The notes: generated by a model from the sequence alone, not told the origin. A DNA stretch of 45,594 nt from Meiothermus sp. (GCA_033762915.1 JANRLD010000110.1:1-45594); one strand, 5' to 3'; positions 9,730 to 18,840 are shown, numbered from the stretch's first letter. A program made the numbers and translations.

Positions 9730-10230
9730 TTAGCCGTTCTGCCTCAGATAGGCCTCGAGCTGATCAAAGGTTGCCCCGAAGCCGGTTTTCACGCCCGACT
9801 GCACCTCGTTGAAGAACCTCAACTCGTCTTCAGTAGCGTCCACAGGCCTGCCGTGCAGGGTCAGGACGGTTTGATGACCACGGGCCTCGAGGGTGATGGT
9901 GTTGAGCACCTCGAGGGGCCACTGAGGCCACATCGGGTGGCGCGTCAGACCGCCCTGCGGGTCGCTAAACGAGCTGACGTAGACGATTCGCTCGGGCTCC
10001 GCGATCTCGCGGTAGACGAACTTGCCCCACATCTCGTGGCCCTTCGGCGAGCGCATCGAGTAGTGGAAGGTTCCGCCGGGAGTGAACTCCAGCCGAAGTA
10101 CCCCCACCTCGAAGCCTTTAGGCCCCCACCACAGCGCCAGCCGCTCGGCCTCGGCGAAGGCCCGCCATACCAGCTCGCGGGGCGCGTCGAACACCCGGAC
10201 CACCACCAGCTCGGATACTGAACTGCTCAT
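9730..10230 (-). CDS. SRPBCC/AHSA1 protein
   Basis: RVFDAPRELVWRAF..WWGPKG; GFGATFDQLEAYL. Confidence 0.9.
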   Translation of the reverse strand: MSSSVSELVVVRVFDAPRELVWRAFAEAERLALWWGPKGFEVGVLRLEFTPGGTFHYSMRSPKGHEMWGKFVYREIAEPERIVYVSSFSDPQGGLTRHPMWPQWPLEVLNTITLEARGHQTVLTLHGRPVDATEDELRFFNEVQSGVKTGFGATFDQLEAYLRQNG

Positions 10231-10568
10231 ATGTTTCCCTCTCCCTTGTCCTGTTCTTGCTTTAGATACTGCTCCAGCCGGTCGAAGCGCTCACCCCAAA
10301 GCTGCTCATAGCCCTTCACCCAGTCGTGGATAGGCCTGAGCGCCTGTCCGTTGAGCCGGTACAGCCGCTGCTTTCCCACGCCGCGCACCCCCACCAGCCC
10401 AGCCGCCAAGAGCACCCTCAGGTGCTTAGAGGTCTGCGGCTGCTCCATCCCCAGGGTGCCGGCGATGTTGCCGACAGAACGCTCGCCCGACACCAGCAGG
10501 TCCAGAATCCGCCGCCTATGCGGCTCGGACACTGCGCTGAAGGCGTCGGAGGCAGCGGGTCGAGGCAC
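10227..10568 (-). CDS. ArsR/SmtB family transcriptional regulator
   Basis: FSAVSEPHRRRILDLL, QPQTSKHLRVL and R.YRLN; GTG start. Confidence 0.92.
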   Translation of the reverse strand: MPRPAASDAFSAVSEPHRRRILDLLVSGERSVGNIAGTLGMEQPQTSKHLRVLLAAGLVGVRGVGKQRLYRLNGQALRPIHDWVKGYEQLWGERFDRLEQYLKQEQDKGEGNI

Positions 10569-10574
10569 GAGAAA

Positions 10575-10602
10575 ATTATATTCCGATATAAGAATATGTC
10601 AA
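10575..10602 (-). promoter_or_regulatory. Consensus sigma70 promoter with overlapping inverted repeat (likely ArsR operator)
   Basis: Minus strand TTGACA-16 nt-TATAAT, 6 nt before GTG; ATATTC-N8-GAATAT at 10578-10597. Confidence 0.85.
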
Positions 10603-11083
10603 TAGCAGAAAAACACTTGAGGTTTAGGGTAACGCTAAGGGCTGGACGCGCTCGGGAGACTGCGCGGCGGGGCGTCGCTCGAGCCACGCTCGGCGATTCA
10701 CCCTGCCAAGTAGCCCCGCACAGCTTGTGCCCGGTCGTCTGGCCACGGGCCGCTCGGGGATCTCGAGCGCGGCCGGCCTGCCAGCGGGGGTTGGTTCACC
10801 TGATATGCGCAGCGTAGCCCTCGGCGCCCTGTCGCGGTGAGGCAGCGATGGTTGACTTTTTGTAACCTCTCCAACCTACACCCTGGCGACCTCGAGTAAT
10901 CGCCGTCACAATCGGCTCTAGGGACATTTGCCCCATAGCCCAATTCTTATCATCTGATAAACCGTGGCTCAGTGTCGCGGCGCATCACCCGAAGAGTGTA
11001 AACAGCGGCCCAATTCTGGTAGTCTTTTGGGCAGCGTCAAGCGGCGCAGCTCTGGACGTGCCGCCTGAGGAGGGACATAAGCG

Positions 11084-11884
11084 ATGGCTATAGAACGTAT
11101 CGAGGTGTACCTAAACAACTCCGCCCAGCCGGTGCAGGTGCTGACCCAGGCCCCCTTCAAGGTCAAGCTGGACACCCGCAGCCTTCCGGACGGGGAGCAC
11201 ACCCTCAAGACCGTCACCCACTACTCCAACGGCACCAAGGACGTTAAGGAGATTCCCTTCAAGGTCGCCAACACCCCCGGCGTGCTGGTGCAAGGCCTCG
11301 AGGAGGGCAAGGAAGTTTCGGGCGACCTCGATGTGACCCTGCGCGTGGCCGACAGCAGCGTGCGCCCACAGCGCGAGCGCTTCCCTGGCACCCCCTTCGT
11401 GATCGCCACCGTGGCGGTGCTGGGCTTGGTCTGGGGCTTTTTCGCCATCAACCCCGGCCTGACCCAAGATGCCCTCAAGGAGGTCACCGCTCCGGCCAAG
11501 GCGGGCGAGGCCTACGGCGGCGCGGCTGCAGCCCCGGCAGGCCCGGTAGACGCCGCCCTGCTCAAGTCCGGCGAGACCATCTATGCCAGCTCGGGGTGCG
11601 TGGGCTGCCACCAGCCCACCGGGGCCGGGCTTCCGCCCGCGATGCCCGCCCTGGCGGGTAACTCCAAGGTCGGCGACCTGAAGCACGTGGTCCAGTGGAT
11701 CCGCAAGGGCAATGGGGCCATGCCCGCCTTCCCGCAGCTCTCCGCGAACGACTTGGCGGCGGTCTCAACCTACATCCGCAACAGCTGGGGCAACAAGTTC
11801 GGCGGGGCCAGCGTGGAGGAGGTCGAGAAACTACTCAAGGAGATCGGCTCGGTCCCCGGCCAACGGGTGCTGAGTTCGCGCTAA
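11084..11884 (+). CDS. fbcC: Membrane-anchored cytochrome c subunit of the bc complex, with N-terminal beta-sandwich region
   Basis: CVGCH haem motif, GAMPAF Met ligand, YIRNSWGN; first gene of a four-gene operon like Thermus fbcCXFB. Confidence 0.85.
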   Translation: MAIERIEVYLNNSAQPVQVLTQAPFKVKLDTRSLPDGEHTLKTVTHYSNGTKDVKEIPFKVANTPGVLVQGLEEGKEVSGDLDVTLRVADSSVRPQRERFPGTPFVIATVAVLGLVWGFFAINPGLTQDALKEVTAPAKAGEAYGGAAAAPAGPVDAALLKSGETIYASSGCVGCHQPTGAGLPPAMPALAGNSKVGDLKHVVQWIRKGNGAMPAFPQLSANDLAAVSTYIRNSWGNKFGGASVEEVEKLLKEIGSVPGQRVLSSR

Positions 11885-11904
11885 GGCGTCTAAGGAGGGT
11901 TTGA

Positions 11905-12405
11905 GTGTATCGCAACGACCGTATCGTGCCCGCCGCCGCGCTGGTCTTCGCCTTCGCGCTGTTCTTCATGGCATACCTGAACACCCAGACGCGGGTGGTG
12001 GAGAAGGTGCTCGAGGGGGCACCGCCCGCCATGTCGGTCGGCACCAAGGGGCTGTTGGTCTTCGCCTTCGTGCTGTTCATCTACGGCTTCATCGGACTGA
12101 TGAGCAATTGGCTCGAGGGCTCCGAGTTCCGCCCCGGCGTCCACACCCCCGAGCCCAGCAGCCTGCCGGTCATCGCAGGCATCGTGCTCTCGCTGATGCT
12201 GGTGGTGCTCTCTGGCGTCTTCGTCCGCACCCTGCTGCCCATCACCCCCGCCGAGGGCGATCCCTACTACGCCCCGGCCTGGCTCCAGGGCGGCGTCTTC
12301 GGGGCCATGATGTTGATCCTGGCCTTTCTGATCGCCATCTACAAGAAGTTCTTCCAGGTCGAAGAGGTTCTGGCCGAGGACGAGAAGGGCGACTTCCCCT
12401 GGTAA
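11905..12405 (+). CDS. fbcX: Hydrophobic accessory subunit of the bc complex
   Basis: AAGGAGG RBS, GTG start, about 4 TM segments; lies between the cytochrome c and Rieske genes. Confidence 0.75.
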   Translation: MYRNDRIVPAAALVFAFALFFMAYLNTQTRVVEKVLEGAPPAMSVGTKGLLVFAFVLFIYGFIGLMSNWLEGSEFRPGVHTPEPSSLPVIAGIVLSLMLVVLSGVFVRTLLPITPAEGDPYYAPAWLQGGVFGAMMLILAFLIAIYKKFFQVEEVLAEDEKGDFPW

Positions 12406-12418
12406 TTGAGGAGCACCT

Positions 12419-13078
12419 ATGGCTGATAACGAACACGCGGCGGCGCACGGCCACGGCCACGCCCACCACGATCATCATCACGAAGAAGACCCCCAAGCCC
12501 ACGCCACCCGCCGGGCGGTCTTGCAGGCCGCCATCGGGGTGAGCGCGGGTACGGCCTTGCTCTCCACCCTGTGGGTCGGGGCCGGTCTGATCCCCAGGGT
12601 CGAGGTCACCCCCGCCAAGGAGCCGGTGGCCGAGGGCGATAGCCTGGTGTTCTCGACCGGCGCCAACGCCGGGCAGGACATCACCGTCGACGCGCTGCGC
12701 CAGCTCGAGGGCCAGCCCGTCCCGTTCGTGATCGCCTACCCCAAGGGTGAGGTGGTCAAAAACGAGCTGGCCAACAACACCATCATGGTGATGCTGCTGG
12801 ACCCCGCCAAGATGAGTGAAGAGACCCGCAAGCTGGCTAGCCCCGAGGGGGTGGTGGCCTACTCGGCGGTCTGCAAGCACCTCGGCTGTACGGTCAGCCA
12901 GTGGGAGGGCGACGCCTGGAAGTGCCCCTGCCACGGCGGGAAGTACGACGTCTACAACCAGGCCAAGGTGGTGGGAGGTCCGGTACCCTCGCCGGTTCCG
13001 CAACTGCCCGTCCGGGTCGATAACGGGCGCGTGGTGGTGGCGGGCGAGTTCACCGGCAAGCCGGGGGCCGACGTATAG
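12419..13078 (+). CDS. fbcF: Rieske [2Fe-2S] protein
   Basis: Tat motif TRRAVL; CKHLGC and CPCHGG boxes. Confidence 0.95.
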   Translation: MADNEHAAAHGHGHAHHDHHHEEDPQAHATRRAVLQAAIGVSAGTALLSTLWVGAGLIPRVEVTPAKEPVAEGDSLVFSTGANAGQDITVDALRQLEGQPVPFVIAYPKGEVVKNELANNTIMVMLLDPAKMSEETRKLASPEGVVAYSAVCKHLGCTVSQWEGDAWKCPCHGGKYDVYNQAKVVGGPVPSPVPQLPVRVDNGRVVVAGEFTGKPGADV

Positions 13079-13103
13079 CCTGCGATTCGAACAAGGGAGC
13101 GAT

Positions 13104-14396
13104 ATGTACCAGTGGCTAGACGACCGACTGAGCATCGGCAGACTGTATAACAAGGCTTTGCGCAAAGCCTTCCCGGTTCACCACACCTTCTTTCTGGGTG
13201 AGATCACCCTCTTCGCCTTCGTGACCCTGATCCTCACCGGGGTCTTCCTGACCCTCAACTACGAGCCCTCCATCCGGCCCGTCAGCGGCAGCCTCTCCAA
13301 CGGGGCCGAGGTGCCCGCTGCCTACTACTCGGTCATGTACATAGACTCGCTGCCCTTCGGGGCGGTGATCCGCAGCCTGCACAACTGGTCGGCCAACATC
13401 ATGATCGCTGCGGCCTTCTTGCACATGATCCGCATCCACCTCACCGGGGCCTACAAGAACCCCCGCGAGATCAACTGGATCGTGGGCGTGCTGCTGCTGG
13501 TGCTCTCGGTCGTGACGGCCTTTACCGGCTACGCTCTGCCCTTCGACAACTACGCCTTCACCGCCACCAAGATTGGCTACGAGATCGGGGCCTCGGCCCC
13601 GTGGGCGGGCGGCATCATCTCCAACATCATGTTTGGTGGCGAGTTCTCGCCCACCAACACCCAGATGATCCCGCGCATGTACTCAATCCACGTGCTGTGG
13701 CTACCATTGACGCTGCTGGCCCTGATCGGCGCACACCTGCTGGTGATGATCAAGCAGAAGCACACCCAGCCCAAGTACGCCGAGGGCGTGGCCCCTGGCA
13801 AGATCCTGGGCGTGCCGCTGTTCCCCCAGCAAGCCGCCATGATGGGCATCCTGTTCCTGCTCTACGTGGCGGTGGCGACCTTCCTGGCCGGGGCCTTCCC
13901 CTTCCACCCGGTGACCGCCTACGGCCCCCCCACCGCCGAGACCCCCGCCGTCAAGCCCGACTGGTATTTCTTGTGGATCTTTGGCATCCTCCAGATCATC
14001 CCGGCCAACTGGCGCTTTGAGCTGTTGGGCGCGACCTTCGGCCCGCAGTTCTTCGGCGGGATCATGATCGTCACCCTGATCATCATCGGCGCGATGGCGG
14101 TGCCCTTCCTGGACTACTCCAAGAACAAGACCCGCTACCTGGAGCTGCCCTCTCAGCACCCCTTCCGCACCAGCTGGATTGTGGGGATGTTGATGTTCTA
14201 CATCATGTGCACCTTCTGCGGTTACCGGGTGGACTACCAGTTCCCCATCATCCTGGGCTGGTTCTTGGTGCTGGTGGTGCCCGTGCTGACCGGCCTGCTC
14301 ACCTACGGCCTGCTCTACATCTTCTACTCCAAGAACTGGACGCCCGACGAGCCCCAGCTCCCGCGCGGTCTGAGTGGCTCGGCGGCGGATGATTGA
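13104..14396 (+). CDS. fbcB: Cytochrome b of the menaquinol:cytochrome c reductase
   Basis: Start MYQWLDDRL at 13104 after GGGAG; haem-ligand His in IRSLHNW, FLHMIR, YSIHV and GAHL; PDWY Qo motif. Confidence 0.95.
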   Translation: MYQWLDDRLSIGRLYNKALRKAFPVHHTFFLGEITLFAFVTLILTGVFLTLNYEPSIRPVSGSLSNGAEVPAAYYSVMYIDSLPFGAVIRSLHNWSANIMIAAAFLHMIRIHLTGAYKNPREINWIVGVLLLVLSVVTAFTGYALPFDNYAFTATKIGYEIGASAPWAGGIISNIMFGGEFSPTNTQMIPRMYSIHVLWLPLTLLALIGAHLLVMIKQKHTQPKYAEGVAPGKILGVPLFPQQAAMMGILFLLYVAVATFLAGAFPFHPVTAYGPPTAETPAVKPDWYFLWIFGILQIIPANWRFELLGATFGPQFFGGIMIVTLIIIGAMAVPFLDYSKNKTRYLELPSQHPFRTSWIVGMLMFYIMCTFCGYRVDYQFPIILGWFLVLVVPVLTGLLTYGLLYIFYSKNWTPDEPQLPRGLSGSAADD

Positions 14397-14432
14397 TGGC
14401 TGAAGGCCAAAAGCTTTAAGGCAATACTGACC

Positions 14433-14466
14433 GAACCCCTCTCAGCAATGAGAGGGGTTCTTGTTT
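14433..14466 (+). terminator. Rho-independent terminator of the fbc operon
   Basis: 12-bp stem GAACCCCTCTCA/TGAGAGGGGTTC, GCAA loop, TTGTTT tail. Confidence 0.85.
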
Positions 14467-14521
14467 CGGCGGGCCGCTACCGGTCTTCAGGGGATCGGCG
14501 GATCGGCGGAGATTGCTGTGA

Positions 14522-14728
14522 GAGCGGTTCCGACGAACTCTTGGAGCGGTTCCCACGCATACTCCCTACGGCGCTAAAGCGGGCAGTTTTTGCTGTAGGG
14601 GGTATGTTTCCTGCCGCCGCGAGGGAGGTAGTGGTGGGAAACGCAATGGTTTGCCGTGCCGAGCGCAATACTCCGCTTTAGCGCAGGCTTTAGCGCAGCA
14701 CCGTGGGCGGAGTAGGGGTGGGAAACGC
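14522..14728 (+). repeat. Family-1 T-shaped palindromic repeat: outer copy with a second full copy nested at 14544-14644
   Basis: Outer GAGCGGTTCCGACGAAC...GGTGGGAAACGC; inner GAGCGGTTCCCACG...GGTGGGAAACGC is nearly identical to 33762-33862. Confidence 0.8.
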
Positions 14729-14783
14729 AATGAGTTGATAAAAATGTTCTAAAATAAGACATCAACGCGCAGGGGAAGCGCCG

Positions 14784-15692
14784 ATGACCGAACGCCAACG
14801 CCGAATTCTGCACCTCCTGGTGGATGGTTTCATCCACAGCCAGGCGCCCGTGCCCTCTGGGCACTTGGCCGAAAAGCTGGCACTCTCGCCGGCCACGTTG
14901 CGCTACGAACTGATCGAACTCGAGCGGCTGGGCTTTATCTCCAAGCCGCACACCTCGGCCGGGCGCGTTCCAACGCGGGCGGGCTTCCGGCACTACGCCC
15001 TGTCCAAGCTGCCGCCCAGCCCGCTGCCGCAGGGCACAGTGGACAAGCTGGCCCAGGTGCTCGAGGGGGCGGGGGCACGGCGTGAGGCCCTGCTGGTGCA
15101 GGTGGCCAGCAGGCTGAGCGGCTACCCGGCGATGCTGCGGCTCCAGCCCAGGCGCTCGCCCAAGCTGATGCAGGTACACCTATCGAGCCTTTCCCCCGGC
15201 ATGGTGCTGGCGGTGGCGGTGCTAGAGGGCGGGCGGGTGAGGGAGGCCCGGCTCGAGTTGTCCTACACCCCCAGTGAGGCCCAGCTTGCCGAGGCCGAGC
15301 AGGGGCTGCACGGCCCGCTCGATAAGGCCCCCAGGGGCGCCTCCCTGGCCCTGACCGAGCTGTACAGCAAGGTGGCCCAGGCCTTCGCCCAGGGCAGCCA
15401 GGAGGAGTACCGCGAGGGCGTGGGCCTGCTTCTGTCCGAGCCCGAGGCCCAGAACCCCACCTTCCTGCGTCAGGCCATCGCCCTCTTCGAGTCCCCCACC
15501 GATCAGACCCTCACCCCTCCCGGAGGCCTCAACCTGCGGGTGGGCGAGGACGAAGGGCTCTCGCTCGTCCAGGCGGGCCTCACGGCGGGCGATCAGGTAG
15601 GCGAACTCTCGCTGCTTGGCCCCCTGCGGATGCGCTACCCGCAGGCCCTCTCGGTGGCCTACGCGCTGGGGCAGGTGTACGCGAGGGGATAG
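14784..15692 (+). CDS. hrcA: Heat-inducible transcription repressor
   Basis: LSPATLRYEL..LE..G..KPHTSAGRVPT; C-terminal GPLRMRY. Confidence 0.93.
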   Translation: MTERQRRILHLLVDGFIHSQAPVPSGHLAEKLALSPATLRYELIELERLGFISKPHTSAGRVPTRAGFRHYALSKLPPSPLPQGTVDKLAQVLEGAGARREALLVQVASRLSGYPAMLRLQPRRSPKLMQVHLSSLSPGMVLAVAVLEGGRVREARLELSYTPSEAQLAEAEQGLHGPLDKAPRGASLALTELYSKVAQAFAQGSQEEYREGVGLLLSEPEAQNPTFLRQAIALFESPTDQTLTPPGGLNLRVGEDEGLSLVQAGLTAGDQVGELSLLGPLRMRYPQALSVAYALGQVYARG

Positions 15693-15759
15693 GGAAGAGG
15701 GGGCGGTGTCTTTTTCGTGATGGAGACGCTTAGTCGACCGCTCCTTGTTCCCCAAACAC

Positions 15760-15788
15760 TTGACGCCTCGGCCCCCGCTCCTCACAAT
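15760..15788 (+). promoter_or_regulatory. sigma70 promoter for leaderless moaDE
   Basis: TTGACG-17 nt-CACAAT, 6 nt before ATG 15795. Confidence 0.6.
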
Positions 15789-15794
15789 CCAGCT

Positions 15795-16499
15795 ATGCAC
15801 GTCAAGGTTCTCCTCTTTGCGATGTTCCGCGAACAGGCGGGCACGCACCGCCTCGAGCTGTCCCTGCCCCCCGGGGCGACAGTGGGCGACGCCAAGGCGG
15901 CCCTCGAGGCCCGGTATCCCCTGAAGCTCTCCGGCGGGATGGCGGCAGTCAACGAGCAGATGGCACAGGCCGGTGATGCCTTGAGGGACGGCGACGAGCT
16001 GGCCTTCCTGCCGCCGGTTTCGGGTGGGGCGGTCGAGGTGCCTGAGGTGATCAGTGAAAACGGCGTGGACAGCTTCGGGCTGACCAGTGCGAGGCTCGAG
16101 GTCCAGCCCTTCATGGACTGGGCCTCGGACGACCCTTACGGCGCGGTGACCGCCTTCCTGGGAACCACCCGCAGCCCCAACAAGGGTAAGGAGGTGGCCT
16201 GGCTCGAGTACGAGGCCTACGCCGGCATGGCCGAGCGGGTGATGGCCCAGATCATCGCCGAGATGCGCGGGCGCTGGGTGCTGGGGCGGGTCGCGCTGTG
16301 GCACCGCCTGGGCCGGGTGAACCCCAGGGAGGGCTCGATCCTGATCGTGGTCTCGGCACCGCACCGCCCCGAGGCCTACGAGGCCAACCGCTACGCCATC
16401 GAGCGGGTCAAGCAGATACTGCCGGTGTGGAAGAAGGAGTTCCTGACCGATGGCTCGCACTGGGTCGAGGGCTTCGCGGTGGAAGCCCACAAGCTGTAG
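15795..16499 (+). CDS. moaE: Fused molybdopterin synthase MoaD-MoaE
   Basis: MoaD half VKVLLFA...LPPVSGG; MoaE half LEYEAY, HRLG, SAPHR and PVWKKE. Confidence 0.92.
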   Translation: MHVKVLLFAMFREQAGTHRLELSLPPGATVGDAKAALEARYPLKLSGGMAAVNEQMAQAGDALRDGDELAFLPPVSGGAVEVPEVISENGVDSFGLTSARLEVQPFMDWASDDPYGAVTAFLGTTRSPNKGKEVAWLEYEAYAGMAERVMAQIIAEMRGRWVLGRVALWHRLGRVNPREGSILIVVSAPHRPEAYEANRYAIERVKQILPVWKKEFLTDGSHWVEGFAVEAHKL

Positions 16500-16541
16500 C
16501 CACGAAAACCATCCACATCCCACTTGATTTACAATGGCCTT

Positions 16542-16856
16542 GTGGAGTGGATTCAGCCGTACATCGGGCAACTGACCTTCGGCGGGCTGGCCGGGTTTGC
16601 GGTGGGGTTTGCCATCAAGACCGTGGGGCGCTGGGTGGCGGTGATCTTGGGGCTCTTGTTCATCGTGGTGCAGGTGCTGGCCTCGCTGGGCTACATCCAG
16701 GTCGACTGGACGCGCATCCAGCGCGACGTGGAGCCCTTTGTCAACAATACCGGCGTGCAGAACCTCTGGAACAGTCTGGTGGCCCTGCTGACCAACAACT
16801 TGCCCTTCGGCGGGGCCTTTGTGGCGGGGATGCTGCTGGGGCTTAGGCGGGGCTGA
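16542..16856 (+). CDS. FUN14 family membrane protein
   Basis: GQLTFGGLAGFAVGFAIK, GYIQVDW and GGAFVAG; GTG start 6 nt after TACAAT. Confidence 0.8.
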   Translation: MEWIQPYIGQLTFGGLAGFAVGFAIKTVGRWVAVILGLLFIVVQVLASLGYIQVDWTRIQRDVEPFVNNTGVQNLWNSLVALLTNNLPFGGAFVAGMLLGLRRG

Positions 16857-16973
16857 CATCTTGGGAAGGAAAGGCAAGCCACACCCATCACGACCTCTCT
16901 TTCCTCCTTGCTCTCGCCCCGCTTTTGGGTAGCCCTTGACCCTCGAGCTAATCCGAAGCACCATAAGCCCAGG

Positions 16974-18572
16974 ATGATCGAGACCGGACGGCTCAACATC
17001 GTCAACCCGCCCAGGGCGGTCAGCCTCGAACCTGCCCGCCTTGCCGAGCTGTCGGCGCGCGTCACCGCACTGACCGGGCGGCCCGAGCAGACCATCTACC
17101 GGCCCTTCGACGGCGAAGTTCTGGCAGGGCTGCCGATCTGCGTGCCTGAGGATGTCGAACTGGCGGTCGGCAAGGCCAGAGAGGCGCAGGCCGCCTGGGC
17201 CAGGGTCGAGCCGAAAGCTCGAGCCGCCGTCCTGCTGCGCTTCCACGACCTGCTCTTGCAGCGGCAGGACGAGGTGCTGGATATCGTGCAGCTCGAGACC
17301 GGCAAGGCCCGCCGCCACGCCTTCGACGAGCTGCTGGACGCGGCCATCAACGCGCAGTACAACGCCACGCGGGGGGTGGGCTGGCTGCGGCCCCGGCGGG
17401 CCGGTGGCACCTTTGCGGGCCTGACCCAGACCTGGGAATACCGCCACCCGGTCGGCGTGGTGGGGGTAATCGCGCCCTGGAACTATCCCCTCACCATGGC
17501 GGTGACCGAGCCGGTGGCCGCGCTGATGGCGGGCAACGCGGTTGTGCTCAAGCCCGACCCCCAGACCTCCTTCTGCGCCCTGTGGATTCACGAGCTGTTC
17601 GAGCGGGCTGGCCTGCCCCGCGAGCTGTTCCAGGTGGTGACCGGGGCGGGCGAGGTGGGGGCGGCGCTGATCGGGGCGGTGGACAACGTGGCCTTTACCG
17701 GCAGCACCGCTACCGGGCGCAAGGTGGCGCGACAGGCCGCCGAGCGGCTGATCGGGGTGAGCCTCGAGCTTGGCGGCAAGAACCCCATGATCGTACTCGA
17801 GGACGCCAACTTAGAGGCCGCCGCCGACGGGGCCATCCGGGGCTGCTTCACCAACGCCGGGCAACTGTGCATCTCCATCGAGCGCATCTACATCCACCGC
17901 AGCGTCTACGAGCCCTTCAAGCTCCTGCTGGTCGAGAAGACCCGCGCCCTGCGCCTGGGCTCGACCCTCGATCACCGCGCCCAGGTGGGTTGTATCACCG
18001 TAGGGCGGCAGTTCGAGACCGTGGTAGAGCACGTCCGCGACGCCGTGGGCAAGGGGGCCAGGGTGCTGGCGGGCGGCAAGGCCCGGCCCGACCTGGGTGC
18101 GCTATTCTTCGAGCCGACCCTGCTCGAGGGGGTCACCCCCGCCATGACCCTCTACGCCCAGGAGACCTTCGGCCCGGTGGTAGCGCTCTACCCCTTCGAC
18201 GACCTCGAGGAGGCCGTGGCCCGCGCCAACGACAGCGAGTATGGCCTCAACGCCAGCGTCTGGACCACCGACCTCCGCCGGGGCCGCGCGGTGGCCAGCC
18301 GCATCCAGGCCGGAACGGTCAACGTTAACGAGGCCTTCGCGGCGGCCTGGGCCTCGATGGACGCCACCATGGGCGGATTCAAGGCTTCGGGCCTCGGGCG
18401 AAGACACGGCAAGGAGGGCTTCCTGCGCTTCACCGAGGTGCAGACGGTGGCGCTAGAGCGCCTCTACCCCCTGGCCGGGCCGCCCTGGCTGCCCAGGGGG
18501 AGCTACCAGGGCCTGGTCAGCAAGCTGCTGGGGGTGGTCAAGTGGTTCACCCGGCTGTGGTATCGGGTGTAG
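16974..18572 (+). CDS. gabD: NAD(P)-dependent aldehyde dehydrogenase, succinate-semialdehyde dehydrogenase type
   Basis: PWNYP, FTGST, LELGGKNP, NAGQLC and ETFGP motifs; exact start uncertain. Confidence 0.82.
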   Translation: MIETGRLNIVNPPRAVSLEPARLAELSARVTALTGRPEQTIYRPFDGEVLAGLPICVPEDVELAVGKAREAQAAWARVEPKARAAVLLRFHDLLLQRQDEVLDIVQLETGKARRHAFDELLDAAINAQYNATRGVGWLRPRRAGGTFAGLTQTWEYRHPVGVVGVIAPWNYPLTMAVTEPVAALMAGNAVVLKPDPQTSFCALWIHELFERAGLPRELFQVVTGAGEVGAALIGAVDNVAFTGSTATGRKVARQAAERLIGVSLELGGKNPMIVLEDANLEAAADGAIRGCFTNAGQLCISIERIYIHRSVYEPFKLLLVEKTRALRLGSTLDHRAQVGCITVGRQFETVVEHVRDAVGKGARVLAGGKARPDLGALFFEPTLLEGVTPAMTLYAQETFGPVVALYPFDDLEEAVARANDSEYGLNASVWTTDLRRGRAVASRIQAGTVNVNEAFAAAWASMDATMGGFKASGLGRRHGKEGFLRFTEVQTVALERLYPLAGPPWLPRGSYQGLVSKLLGVVKWFTRLWYRV

Positions 18573-18840
18573 TCGAGCGGGGGTTAAACCCCCCAAGCCG
18601 TGACCAAGGCCGTAACGTTACGTGGGCTACAAATTTTGGGTCATTTTCGACACCGCTTTTGAACACAGGGGCCTAAATTGAGTCGTTTCTTAATCCGCCC
18701 TATACCCCTCGGTGGGTTCTTAACTGTCAAGCTAAGCTTGCCCTGCTCAGGTTAGGGTCTCCTCCAGACCCTTCGAAGCACCCGACTCATCATCCGTACC
18801 CGCCTGATTTCCCGAGACGGCAGATTTTTAGGGAGTTTGT

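Noticed and set aside
12816..13103. N-terminal extension of the cytochrome b ORF
   Set aside because: It overlaps the Rieske gene; the real start is MYQWLDDRL at 13104 with an RBS.
14670..14700. TTAGC-containing sequence upstream of hrcA as a CIRCE
   Set aside because: It is a GCTTTAGCGCAG tandem duplication inside a repeat arm and lacks the CIRCE inverted repeat.
14522..14728. Possible CRISPR array (GGTTCCCAC/GTGGGAA repeats)
   Set aside because: The repeats are inverted and dispersed, not regularly spaced direct repeats, and no cas genes are present.
15222..17591. 789-aa minus-strand ORF
   Set aside because: Antisense shadow of hrcA, moaDE, FUN14 and the aldehyde dehydrogenase; no motifs; typical of high-GC DNA.
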